Of a DNA stretch of 52,116 nt, positions 1 to 8,102 are shown one piece after another. Each line of letters opens with the position of its first letter. Positions within the stretch are counted from its first letter, which is position 1. The translations under genes were made by a program, and so were the position numbers. The notes under the pieces are model-generated. The model was not told the origin of the DNA and did not search any database. It worked only from the letters and a program-made list of their open reading frames with translations. Source of the stretch: a virus. Its lineage: Duplodnaviria; Caudoviricetes. Location: the IMG/VR virus record IMGVR_UViG_3300025353_000004, positions 1 to 52,116 of that record; one strand, written 5' to 3'.

Positions 1-1074
1 TTAGCAAATAATACAACCGCATTTGGCGCACAATCTTTAAATAATAATACTATTGCTAGTAATTTAGTTGCATTTGGACACCAAGCCTTACAAAACAACA
101 CAACCAACGTTGCCACACTAGGCGCAGTAACAGGCGGTACAGGTTACACCAATGGTACATACGCTGGTGTAGTAATGACACTATCTTCGGGTTCCTCTGC
201 AATCACTTACCCTACGGCAACAATCGTAGTCGCTGGTGGAGTAGTAACAACAGTCACACTAACATCTAATGGTGTTGGCTTTAAAGACACTACGACTGTT
301 CTAACAGCACCAGCCGCCTCTATTGGTGGTACTGGTAGTGGCTTTAGTGTGCCAGTAGCTACTTTGCAATCAGGTACAGGCAATGTGGCGGTGGGTTATC
401 AGGCTGGGTATAGTAATAGTGTTGGTAATTCTTTGTCTTTCAACGGCTATCAAGCTGGCTATTCAAATACAACAGGAAATTACAATACTTTTAATGGTTA
501 TCAAGCTGGATATTTAAATTCCTCTGGCGGAAATAGTACATTTTCTGGGTACTTAGCTGGATATTCCAATACATCTGGAGCAGCAAACAGTTTTTATGGT
601 TCTTCTGCTGGCTATTCAAATGCAACATCGTCTTTTATAACTGCAATAGGCTATCAAAGTCTTTTTGCTAATACAGGAGCAAATAATACGGCTCTTGGAT
701 TTTCTGCTGGTCGTGGGCAAACTCCATTTACTAACGCTAATACCACAGGAACTAATAATACTTACATTGGTATTCAGACAGTAGGCTCTGCCAACAATAA
801 CACCAACGAGATGGTGATTGGCTACCAAGCAGTAGGACTAGGCTCTAACACTACTGTCATTGGTAATACAAACACTATACTAACTCAGACCTATGGTGTT
901 ACTAAATCTACTAACTACACAGTAGCTACTCTACCTTCTGCATCAACAAGCGGAGTAGGAGCAAGAGCATTTGTAACGGATGCTTTGAGTCCTACATGGG
1001 GATCAACAGTAGCAGGAAGTGGAGCAGTACCAGTACCAGTCTACAGTTCAGGCACGGCATGGGTCGTAGGTTAA
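1..1074 (+). CDS. Tail fibre C-terminal part, 5'-truncated; alternative allele of 47571..51533
   Basis: Frame is open from base 1. Protein is nearly identical in blocks to the C-terminus of the 1320-aa fibre (MTLSSGS.AITYPTATIVVAGG..., TNYTVATLPSASTSGVGARAFVTDA), with 14-aa N-x-x-x-G-Y-Q-A-G repeats like YadA heads. Confidence 0.85.
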   Translation, partial: LANNTTAFGAQSLNNNTIASNLVAFGHQALQNNTTNVATLGAVTGGTGYTNGTYAGVVMTLSSGSSAITYPTATIVVAGGVVTTVTLTSNGVGFKDTTTVLTAPAASIGGTGSGFSVPVATLQSGTGNVAVGYQAGYSNSVGNSLSFNGYQAGYSNTTGNYNTFNGYQAGYLNSSGGNSTFSGYLAGYSNTSGAANSFYGSSAGYSNATSSFITAIGYQSLFANTGANNTALGFSAGRGQTPFTNANTTGTNNTYIGIQTVGSANNNTNEMVIGYQAVGLGSNTTVIGNTNTILTQTYGVTKSTNYTVATLPSASTSGVGARAFVTDALSPTWGSTVAGSGAVPVPVYSSGTAWVVG

Positions 1075-1090
1075 TTTTAAAGGAAAAACA

Positions 1091-1495
1091 ATGACAATCG
1101 AATTCACAACAACAATCACCTCAATGGAGGCTTATCCTCTTTACGAAGCAGTACCCCTATATGTATTTAGGGTTTATTGGAACTACCTTGGAAAAGACGA
1201 AAAATACGAGACTGCTATGCAGGGTTCCACAGACATCCCAACAAGCGACCCCAAAGCCGCCACGCCATACGACCAACTCACCGAAGAACAAGTCATGGGA
1301 TGGATTCAGACCTATACACCAGCATGGACATGGGCGGAGTATTCCGACAAGATTAGTGCGTGGATTACGGCTCAGTACACACCAGCAGTTGTTAATCCTC
1401 CATTGCCTTGGACTGCTCCTCCAGTAGTTGAGCCTGTAGTTGAGCCTGTAGTTGATACTATTGCACCTATAATTGATGTAATCCCACCAGCATAA
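1091..1495 (+). CDS. Tail-fibre-associated protein (putative chaperone), allele A
   Basis: Directly follows the fibre with an AAGGA RBS; close homolog of 51549..51989. Confidence 0.65.
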   Translation: MTIEFTTTITSMEAYPLYEAVPLYVFRVYWNYLGKDEKYETAMQGSTDIPTSDPKAATPYDQLTEEQVMGWIQTYTPAWTWAEYSDKISAWITAQYTPAVVNPPLPWTAPPVVEPVVEPVVDTIAPIIDVIPPA

Positions 1496-1612
1496 GTGAC
1501 TTATAGAATCCATCAACAAAGACGAATTAGTTTTACTCCTAAAAGAAGTCATAGCGGAAGTGGTAGGCTGGAATAGCTATCAATTATTTAAATATTAACT
1601 AGGAGAAACATA

Positions 1613-1849
1613 ATGGAAAACAAAAAAACACCCATTACTATCGACAATGTAGAGTATCAATTTGAAGATTTAACCACAGAGCAACAGGCTTTATTTAATC
1701 ATTGTGTAGATTTAGACAGAAAAATTAGCTCTAGCCAATTTAATTTGGATCAGCTTAATGTGGGAAAAAATGCTTTTATCACCCTTTTAAAGCAATCTTT
1801 AGAAGCAATTGTTCCAGCAGAAACAGTAGAGCCAACTGCGGTACAATAA
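1613..1849 (+). CDS. Small hypothetical coiled-coil protein
   Basis: AGGAG RBS and ATG; 78 aa; only its last 57 nt remain at the other end of the contig. Confidence 0.7.
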   Translation: MENKKTPITIDNVEYQFEDLTTEQQALFNHCVDLDRKISSSQFNLDQLNVGKNAFITLLKQSLEAIVPAETVEPTAVQ

Positions 1850-1866
1850 TTTTAAATAAACTTTAA

Positions 1867-1884
1867 GGATTAGTGATGCAATCC
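1867..1884 (+). promoter_or_regulatory. RNA hairpin GGAUU-AGUGAUGC-AAUCC covering the RBS and start of the GT2 gene
   Basis: Perfect 5-bp stem; same 8-nt loop as 31092..31109 and nearly the same as 45786..45803. Confidence 0.55.
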
Positions 1885-3111
1885 CCAAAATATTCGGTAG
1901 TAATACCGACTTACAATCATTGTGAGAAATATTTAAAACCTTGTATTGATTCAATAATAAAATACACAGAAATGACTGACATAGAGTTGGTCATTTCTGC
2001 TAATGGCTGTACTGATAACACTAAAGCGTATTTACAATATTTAAAAACTGCTATTCCTAATATGCAATGGTGGTGGAATGATGAACCTCTAGGCTTTGCC
2101 AAAGCCACTAATGTCGGTATTAAAGCCGCTAAAACAAATAAAATAGTATTGCTTAACAATGACACTTTGTTGTTAGAGCAACCAAAAAATCAATGGTTAA
2201 CTAGACTTGATGATTTTCATGCTGACATATCTTCAGTATTAACCCTACATTCTAAAATTACAAATCAAAAGTTTGGTGTTTTCTTTTGCACAATGATTGA
2301 TAGAAAAGTGTTTGATACCATTGGTTTATTAGATGAGAGTTTTGAAACTGGTGGATGTGAGGATATAGACTTTTGCTTTAGAGCAGATCAAAATGGTTTT
2401 AGCCTTGTAGATGTTGGCTTTAAAGGCGATTTTCCTATATATCATGTAGCTGAAGGAACAGTCCATGACAACAGTTTGGTGCAAGATTGGAAACAAAAGT
2501 TTTATAAGAATGAATTAAAATTGGCTAAAAAATATAACCCAGAACACTATAGATATTTGCTTTCTAACAATTATGAAAGAGCCGTATTCCTTAAAGGCGA
2601 TCCAGTATTCCCTAGAGAAACTACCAGATATGAATGGGCTGAAAAAAATAAAAAAGGTTACATTACTTTAGAAATTGGTTGTTCTACTGGATATGGAAGT
2701 CAATTTTTAAGTGGTCAATACATAGGTTTAGATTACGATCAAACTATTATTGATGTAGCTAAAGAGCAAAATTGGTTAAATGCTGATTTTTATCATGCAG
2801 ATATAAATACTTTTGAATTTGATCAATATCAAACAATTATAGCTTTTGAGGTAATAGAACACCTAGACAATGGTTTAGAGATAGTAGAAAAACTTAAAAA
2901 ACATTGCAAAAAACTTTTAATTTCTGTTCCCTACAATGAACCAAAAGGCTTTTGGGGTGAACATCACAGACTACATGGTTTAAATGAAAGCCATTTTCAA
3001 GGTTTTAAATTTGCATATATTAATCATGTAGGACAAATATCAGATATGCCACAAGAAATCACACCTGAAAACCCAAGTAACTTAATGATTTGTAGGTGGG
3101 ATAATGCCTAA
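1873..3111 (+). CDS. GT2-family glycosyltransferase fused to a class I SAM methyltransferase
   Basis: SVVIPTYN, LLNND and GCEDIDF GT-A motifs; C-terminal LEIGCSTGYG and FEVIEHL methyltransferase motifs. Confidence 0.85.
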   Translation: MMQSPKYSVVIPTYNHCEKYLKPCIDSIIKYTEMTDIELVISANGCTDNTKAYLQYLKTAIPNMQWWWNDEPLGFAKATNVGIKAAKTNKIVLLNNDTLLLEQPKNQWLTRLDDFHADISSVLTLHSKITNQKFGVFFCTMIDRKVFDTIGLLDESFETGGCEDIDFCFRADQNGFSLVDVGFKGDFPIYHVAEGTVHDNSLVQDWKQKFYKNELKLAKKYNPEHYRYLLSNNYERAVFLKGDPVFPRETTRYEWAEKNKKGYITLEIGCSTGYGSQFLSGQYIGLDYDQTIIDVAKEQNWLNADFYHADINTFEFDQYQTIIAFEVIEHLDNGLEIVEKLKKHCKKLLISVPYNEPKGFWGEHHRLHGLNESHFQGFKFAYINHVGQISDMPQEITPENPSNLMICRWDNA

Positions 3112-4075
3112 AATACTATGCTCAATAGCAACTAGGGGGCGTTATCACACAACGCTTCCTTTAGTTTTAGAAGCTGTTATTAATCAAACTTGGCTACCTA
3201 ACAAAATTGTTATTTTTGACGACAATGATGAACCCCAAGATATGCGAAAAGAAATGATTTATCAGCATTTCTTTCAAATAATGGCTATTAAAGGTATTGA
3301 ATGGGAGTGGTTATTTGCTGAAAAAAAAGGACAACATCACATTCATCAAATGGCTAATCGGATGGATTTTGATTGGGTTTGGCGTGTAGATGATGATTGC
3401 GTTCCTGAAGCCACAGTCTTGCAAAGCCTGTATAGCCATGCTACACAGTTCCCTAATGTTGGGGCTGTAGGTGGTGCAATACTTACTCCACCATTACAAA
3501 ATACATCTAAATCTACTGGGTTAATTAAAGACATTGATTCTGAGCCTAATATTCAATGGAATTTTATTGATGGCATTAGGGAAGTAGAGCATTTACATTG
3601 TTCTTTTTTATATCGGGCAGGGGTCTATGACTTTAATACAGGGCTTTCTAGGGTAGCGCACAGGGAAGAAACGCTATTTACCTATGGTTTACACCAAAAA
3701 GGATATAAAGTATTGGTTGTACCTAATGCTGTTTCTTGGCACATGAAAAACCCTCAAGGGGGTATTCGTGCTGAAACAAAGAAGGAGATGTACGACCATG
3801 ACGAACAAATATTTAGAAACACACTCAGTTTTGATGACAATACTGTTGTTGTTCTCAATTCTGGACTTGGGGATCATATTGTATTTAATTCCATATTGGG
3901 TTCTATCAAAAATCCAGTTGTCTTTGGTTGCTATCCTGAAATAATCCCTTGTCGTTCTATAGCTGAAGCACAGCACCTTTTTGGTAACATAGATCAATGG
4001 AATATCTATGGCAAGATGGATCAATGGAAGTGGACTGATAGCTTAGAAAATGCCTACAGAAAGCTTTATTTATGA
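3104..4075 (+). CDS. GT2-like glycosyltransferase with a C-terminal GT9-like N-lobe
   Basis: IVIFDDND, RVDDD (DxD) and REET motifs; C-terminal VVLNSGLGDHI resembles the start of GT9 heptosyltransferases. Confidence 0.75.
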   Translation: MPKILCSIATRGRYHTTLPLVLEAVINQTWLPNKIVIFDDNDEPQDMRKEMIYQHFFQIMAIKGIEWEWLFAEKKGQHHIHQMANRMDFDWVWRVDDDCVPEATVLQSLYSHATQFPNVGAVGGAILTPPLQNTSKSTGLIKDIDSEPNIQWNFIDGIREVEHLHCSFLYRAGVYDFNTGLSRVAHREETLFTYGLHQKGYKVLVVPNAVSWHMKNPQGGIRAETKKEMYDHDEQIFRNTLSFDDNTVVVLNSGLGDHIVFNSILGSIKNPVVFGCYPEIIPCRSIAEAQHLFGNIDQWNIYGKMDQWKWTDSLENAYRKLYL

Positions 4076-4500
4076 TAATCATTCACCCTTTTGCTAAACC
4101 ATTAAGAAATGGCAAAACTAACCCTAAAAACTACCCTTATTGGAAACAATTAATCTCCATGATTAATGAGCCTATTATTCAAATAGGCGTAGAAGGCGAA
4201 GAACAGTTAGTACCTGATTTTCGTAAAAATTTACCAATTCCAGAACTTAGAAAGTTAATCCAAGAATGTCGAATCTGGATTGGCGTAGACAGCTTTTTCC
4301 AGCATTTAGCTTGGGATGAAGAAAAATCGGGTATTGTTCTTTGGTCAGTATCAGACCCATTGATATTTGGACACCCAGAAAACACCAATTTACTTGAAAA
4401 TCGTGATAATCTATCAAAAAATCAGTTTCTTTGGTGGGAAGCAACAGAACATAATCCTAGTAGCTTTGTAAAGCCAGAGATTGTTAAAAATTATTTATAA
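4072..4500 (+). CDS. GT9 (heptosyltransferase-like) C-terminal domain protein
   Basis: IIIHPFA...KNYPYW, IIQIG and IGVDSFFQHLA match the GT9 C-lobe pattern. Confidence 0.75.
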   Translation: MIIIHPFAKPLRNGKTNPKNYPYWKQLISMINEPIIQIGVEGEEQLVPDFRKNLPIPELRKLIQECRIWIGVDSFFQHLAWDEEKSGIVLWSVSDPLIFGHPENTNLLENRDNLSKNQFLWWEATEHNPSSFVKPEIVKNYL

Positions 4501-4511
4501 AAAGGCTTTTT

Positions 4512-4766
4512 ATGTTCGACCAAACACTTTTTAATTATGCGTTAGCTTTATGTGGTGCTTTGGGCGGATGGGTTCTAAAAGTTATTTGGGATGCAGTTAA
4601 AGATTTACAATCGGCAGATAAGGTTTTGGTAGAAAAAGTAAACACTATTGAGATTCTTATAGCTGGAAACTATATGTCTAAATCAGATTTTGACAAAATT
4701 GCTATTGCTATTTTTGCAAAATTAGACAAAATAGAGGACAAATTGGATAAAAAGGCAGATAAATAA
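4512..4766 (+). CDS. Membrane protein with coiled coil (holin/antiholin-like)
   Basis: N-terminal hydrophobic helix and C-terminal KLDKIEDKLDKKADK; first gene of the lysis cassette. Confidence 0.55.
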   Translation: MFDQTLFNYALALCGALGGWVLKVIWDAVKDLQSADKVLVEKVNTIEILIAGNYMSKSDFDKIAIAIFAKLDKIEDKLDKKADK

Positions 4767-4933
4767 TGTTTAAAACTATTTGTGCTTTACTTCGTAAAAA
4801 ACCTGAACCAGCTATTATTCCAGTTTTTCCTGTTAAAAAAAAACCAATAGCCAAAAAAGTAGTGGCTAAAACTGCTAAAAAACCAGTAGCAGTTAAAAAA
4901 ACTATCAAAAAGCCTATTTTGAAAAAAAAATGA
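4766..4933 (+). CDS. 55-aa Lys-rich, histone-H1-like peptide (not in ORF track)
   Basis: MFKTICALLRKKPEPAIIPVFPVKKKPIAKKVVAKTAKKPVAVKKTIKKPILKKK; coupled to both neighbours by TAATG and ATGA overlaps. Confidence 0.7.
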   Translation: MFKTICALLRKKPEPAIIPVFPVKKKPIAKKVVAKTAKKPVAVKKTIKKPILKKK

Positions 4934-5115
4934 AAGCAATGCACAAATCAAGGACTATGTGGTTTTCCTTGCTTCTTGTTATATTTGGTGCTTTATTTGA
5001 TAACCTATCCTATGTGCAAAATAGTATTGATCCAAAATATTATGGCTTTATCCTTATTGGGATTGGCGTTATTGTTGCTATATTGCGCTTTGTGACTTCC
5101 AAGCCTATTGAGTAA
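4930..5115 (+). CDS. Putative holin (2 TM)
   Basis: Two hydrophobic segments, 61 aa, upstream of spanin and endolysin. Confidence 0.65.
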   Translation: MKAMHKSRTMWFSLLLVIFGALFDNLSYVQNSIDPKYYGFILIGIGVIVAILRFVTSKPIE

Positions 5116-5519
5116 TGTTTCCTTTATCTATAAATAGTTATTTAATGATTGGTCTTGCTGTTTTAGCAATGGGTGGCATTGGTTATGGAAAATATGAATC
5201 TTATAAATTGGATGCTTATAAAGTAGCTCAAGCTAAAGCTGTGCATGATAAAGAAGTTCAAAGCCAAGAAGATACTGACAAAATAAGGAAATCTAAAGAT
5301 GCTCAAATTGCTAGTATTAATTCCCAGCTTGCTGATGCTCTTATCAGCTTGCGGAACAGACCCAATCGTAGCCAAAGCTCCAGTAATGGACAAAATGGAA
5401 CTGGGACAGCCCTTTCTGCCGAGGATGCAGAATTTCTTATTAGGGAAGCTTCCAGAGCAGACCAAATAAGAACTGGATTAGAAGCTTGCTATGCTCAATA
5501 TGATGCGGTAGCTAAATGA
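5115..5519 (+). CDS. Rz: Inner-membrane spanin (Rz-like)
   Basis: N-terminal TM, helical periplasmic domain with C-terminal Cys (LEACY), and an embedded lipoprotein gene. Confidence 0.8.
   Translation: MFPLSINSYLMIGLAVLAMGGIGYGKYESYKLDAYKVAQAKAVHDKEVQSQEDTDKIRKSKDAQIASINSQLADALISLRNRPNRSQSSSNGQNGTGTALSAEDAEFLIREASRADQIRTGLEACYAQYDAVAK
5299..5469 (+). CDS. Rz1: Outer-membrane spanin lipoprotein (Rz1-like), embedded in the +1 frame (not in ORF track)
   Basis: AAGGA RBS; MLKLLVLIPSLLMLLSAC lipobox; Pro-rich 56-aa product. Confidence 0.85.
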   Translation: MLKLLVLIPSLLMLLSACGTDPIVAKAPVMDKMELGQPFLPRMQNFLLGKLPEQTK

Positions 5520-5959
5520 TTTATTCTAAAAATGGGCTTCATCTTACAGAAAGTTTTGAAGGATGCAGACTTACTTCTTATCCTGATCCGGGAACTGGTG
5601 GTAGCCCTTGGACTGTTGGTTATGGGCATACTGGTTCTGATGTTCATCCCAATATGACCATAACTCAAGAACAAGCTGAAGAATTATTAATGCAAGATGT
5701 TCAAAAATCAGAAATGACAGTAGCTAATAAAATACATACAGACATAACTCAAGATGAATTTGATGCCCTTGTAGACTTTGTTTTTAATGTTGGAGCAGGG
5801 AACTTTGCTGGTTCTACCCTATTAAAAAAAATTAATGCTGGCGATATGAAAGGTGCGGCATTAGAATTTGAAAAATGGGATATGGCGGCTGGTCGTCACA
5901 TGGCTGGACTACTTAAGCGTAGACAAGCTGAAGAAAAATTATTTGATGGGCTGGTATGA
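5516..5959 (+). CDS. Endolysin, GH24 phage lysozyme
   Basis: FEG...YPDPGTGGSPWTVGYGHT (E/D/T triad), FDALVDFVFNVG and GLLKRRQAE motifs. Confidence 0.92.
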   Translation: MIYSKNGLHLTESFEGCRLTSYPDPGTGGSPWTVGYGHTGSDVHPNMTITQEQAEELLMQDVQKSEMTVANKIHTDITQDEFDALVDFVFNVGAGNFAGSTLLKKINAGDMKGAALEFEKWDMAAGRHMAGLLKRRQAEEKLFDGLV

Positions 5960-6165
5960 CCGATATTTACGATATGGCTTCAGACAATGAAGAACGGGAT
6001 CGGGATTTAGCTATTCAAATTGCTCGCTCTAAACCCAAAAATCATTCTTTTACTGGGCGTTGTTTATATTGCAATGATAATATTGTTAAAGGGCTATTTT
6101 GTAATGCCTTTTGCCATACCGATTATGAATCGGAGCAAGTTATTAAAAAGCATCAATGGCGTTAA
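5956..6165 (+). CDS. DksA/TraR-like C4 zinc-finger protein
   Basis: N-terminal DIYDMA acidic helix; CLYC...FCNAFC. Confidence 0.6.
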   Translation: MTDIYDMASDNEERDRDLAIQIARSKPKNHSFTGRCLYCNDNIVKGLFCNAFCHTDYESEQVIKKHQWR

Positions 6166-6428
6166 GCCTTTCTTAGTATTGCTCTAAATTTGTCTGCTAC
6201 ATGGCGATACAAGATTTCCATGTCTGCTTTGCTGTGTCGGTCAAAATGGTTCATCCAATAGTCGGCTGATTCTCTAGCTTCTTTTAATATTTCCTCATCT
6301 GTTTTTAGTGTCTTTGTTGGCTGTGTGTAAAGTGGTTTCCAATAATCAACTTCACAATAAGGCTTCTTCTCTACAATCTTTGTGCCATGACCTGTTTTAA
6401 GAATCCATGCTATTGGTTCATTAGTCAT
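6162..6428 (-). CDS. Hypothetical protein
   Basis: Probable ATG start at MTNEPIAW with GGAG RBS; EP(V/I)AW...PLYT motif common in phage accessory proteins. Confidence 0.6.
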   Translation of the reverse strand: MTNEPIAWILKTGHGTKIVEKKPYCEVDYWKPLYTQPTKTLKTDEEILKEARESADYWMNHFDRHSKADMEILYRHVADKFRAILRKA

Positions 6429-6504
6429 TTCATAACTCCATAAATTCCAGCGCAAAATAACCATACTGCAAGCGCATGACCCGCAATAAAATACAAAAAG
6501 TTAA

Positions 6505-6822
6505 TCATTTCTCTTTTCCCTTTTCAATCCAATAATTGTCATTTTCTTCATAGGCTATGCTTAGTTGTTCTTCTAATCTTTTTATCTCAGCTTGTAGCTG
6601 GCGGAGCATGGTGGCTGTCTGCATAAATCTTTCGCCAGAAAAACCATTAGCCCTAGCTTCAGAGGCTTTATCTCCTTGAAATTCAATCAGTTCATTTACG
6701 TTCAGAGAAGTCCGATTAGGGTTTACTCTTTTCCATATATGTTCATATGTGTAGCCTAGCGCAAGAGCCTCTGCCTCGGTCATTGCGAGCCTGTTTCCAT
6801 CTTTGTCATGAAATATAATCAT
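6505..6822 (-). CDS. Hypothetical protein
   Basis: GGAG RBS; part of a tightly packed leftward operon. Confidence 0.6.
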   Translation of the reverse strand: MIIFHDKDGNRLAMTEAEALALGYTYEHIWKRVNPNRTSLNVNELIEFQGDKASEARANGFSGERFMQTATMLRQLQAEIKRLEEQLSIAYEENDNYWIEKGKEK

Positions 6823-7036
6823 TTTCTTCTCCGATTAACCATATCTTTTTGAATGATAATTCCACCAAAATAAATTAAGACAGCTAAATAAAGCGTTACC
6901 AATACACCATAAATTATTAAATCAATCACAGAATCTCTCCTCATCTGTTAGTGTCTTTAACTGTGGCGAGCAAGTATGAATAGAATCCTCTGTAACCCTT
7001 TTGCCACAATCCAAGCAAGCAGTCCACACTACTGGT

Positions 7037-7201
7037 TCATTTTTCATTATCTTTAAGCCATCCAAAAAAAGGGATTGGTTCATCCGCTTCAAGTATTTTT
7101 ACCGCCATTTGAGGAAGCTCCCCTACTCCACAAGGGACAATAGGGGTTTTATACAGTTCTTTTTCAGCTTCTTCTCTGTCGCTGGTAGTAAAAGTAGTCA
7201 T
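7037..7201 (-). CDS. Hypothetical protein
   Basis: ATG overlaps the upstream stop (ATGA). Confidence 0.5.
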   Translation of the reverse strand: MTTFTTSDREEAEKELYKTPIVPCGVGELPQMAVKILEADEPIPFFGWLKDNEK

Positions 7202-7365
7202 GCGTAATCTGCTGTCTTTATAAGTAATAGTTGAATACAAATTTGTAGCTCTTGAACTGCATCATAAATTGGTTTATAGCCATTGATATGAGCGTTATTA
7301 TCCAGTATTTCTATGTGGCTGAGTAATTGTCTTGCGTGTTTAATGTCATGTGAAAGGTCATTCAT
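7198..7365 (-). CDS. Hypothetical 55-aa protein (not in ORF track)
   Basis: GAGG RBS; MNDLSHDIKHARQLL...IKTADYA. Confidence 0.55.
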   Translation of the reverse strand: MNDLSHDIKHARQLLSHIEILDNNAHINGYKPIYDAVQELQICIQLLLIKTADYA

Positions 7366-7447
7366 TTTATTTATCCTCTAATATATAAAATAATAATTAA
7401 TATAAAGCCAGCTATTACCAAAAAAGCAAATAGCATGGCTATATCGT

Positions 7448-7657
7448 TCATTTAATGCGTACTACTTTTGCCCTTTTTAAAACACTTTCGTACTGGGCTT
7501 TTGCTACATCGTCTAACTTCCGCAAAGGAAGCTCTTGATAATACTTGTACTTTGCCTGATACTCAGGCTGTTCAGATGGGCGAACCCATCCGTACTGTTT
7601 GATCCAGCGTTCTTCAATGTCAGTCCCGCTTGCTGTCCAGATATGTTCATGTTTCAT
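7448..7657 (-). CDS. Hypothetical protein
   Basis: GAGGAG RBS; operon packing. Confidence 0.6.
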   Translation of the reverse strand: MKHEHIWTASGTDIEERWIKQYGWVRPSEQPEYQAKYKYYQELPLRKLDDVAKAQYESVLKRAKVVRIK

Positions 7658-7832
7658 TTGATTTCTCCTCTAGGTTTAAATCCTGCAAAATTAAGGTATC
7701 TGTAACGCTATCCAATATATCCCGCGCTTTAGCTATCGCGTCATAACTGGGTTCTACTTTAAATATGACAATTACTTCTGGTGTCATATATGCCGTTGTG
7801 CCATCAATCAGCATCTTTTCAACTTCGTTCAT
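7647..7832 (-). CDS. Hypothetical protein
   Basis: ATGA overlap with the upstream gene. Confidence 0.55.
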   Translation of the reverse strand: MNEVEKMLIDGTTAYMTPEVIVIFKVEPSYDAIAKARDILDSVTDTLILQDLNLEEKSNET

Positions 7833-8047
7833 TTTTTAGTGACCGCAAATAACTCTACGCGTTCTCTTGCTACGCGCAAAGTGTTGTATCGCTGATGTAG
7901 ACGTTGCAAAATAGACCAACGCTTTTCATTTTTTTTCTCTGATTTAAGCAATTCCAATACTTGTTCTTCATTAAGGCTTGACAAAATATTAGTCAAAGTT
8001 CTCCAGCTATAGTCGCTAGTCTTAGGGATTTGTTTAATCCAATTCAT
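7829..8047 (-). CDS. Hypothetical basic helical protein
   Basis: AAGGA RBS; LQRLHQRYNTLRVARER motif typical of genes beside SNF2 helicases in this kind of phage. Confidence 0.65.
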   Translation of the reverse strand: MNWIKQIPKTSDYSWRTLTNILSSLNEEQVLELLKSEKKNEKRWSILQRLHQRYNTLRVARERVELFAVTKK

Positions 8048-8102
8048 TTTTAATTCCTTTCAAGGATTTTAGTGTAACAGATTTATTTGTAGTGCAACAA
8101 AT

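Noticed and set aside
1-1495. Diversity-generating retroelement TR/VR pair with 50460..51989
   Set aside because: Differences are mostly synonymous and involve all bases rather than adenines only; both copies are coding; no reverse transcriptase is present.
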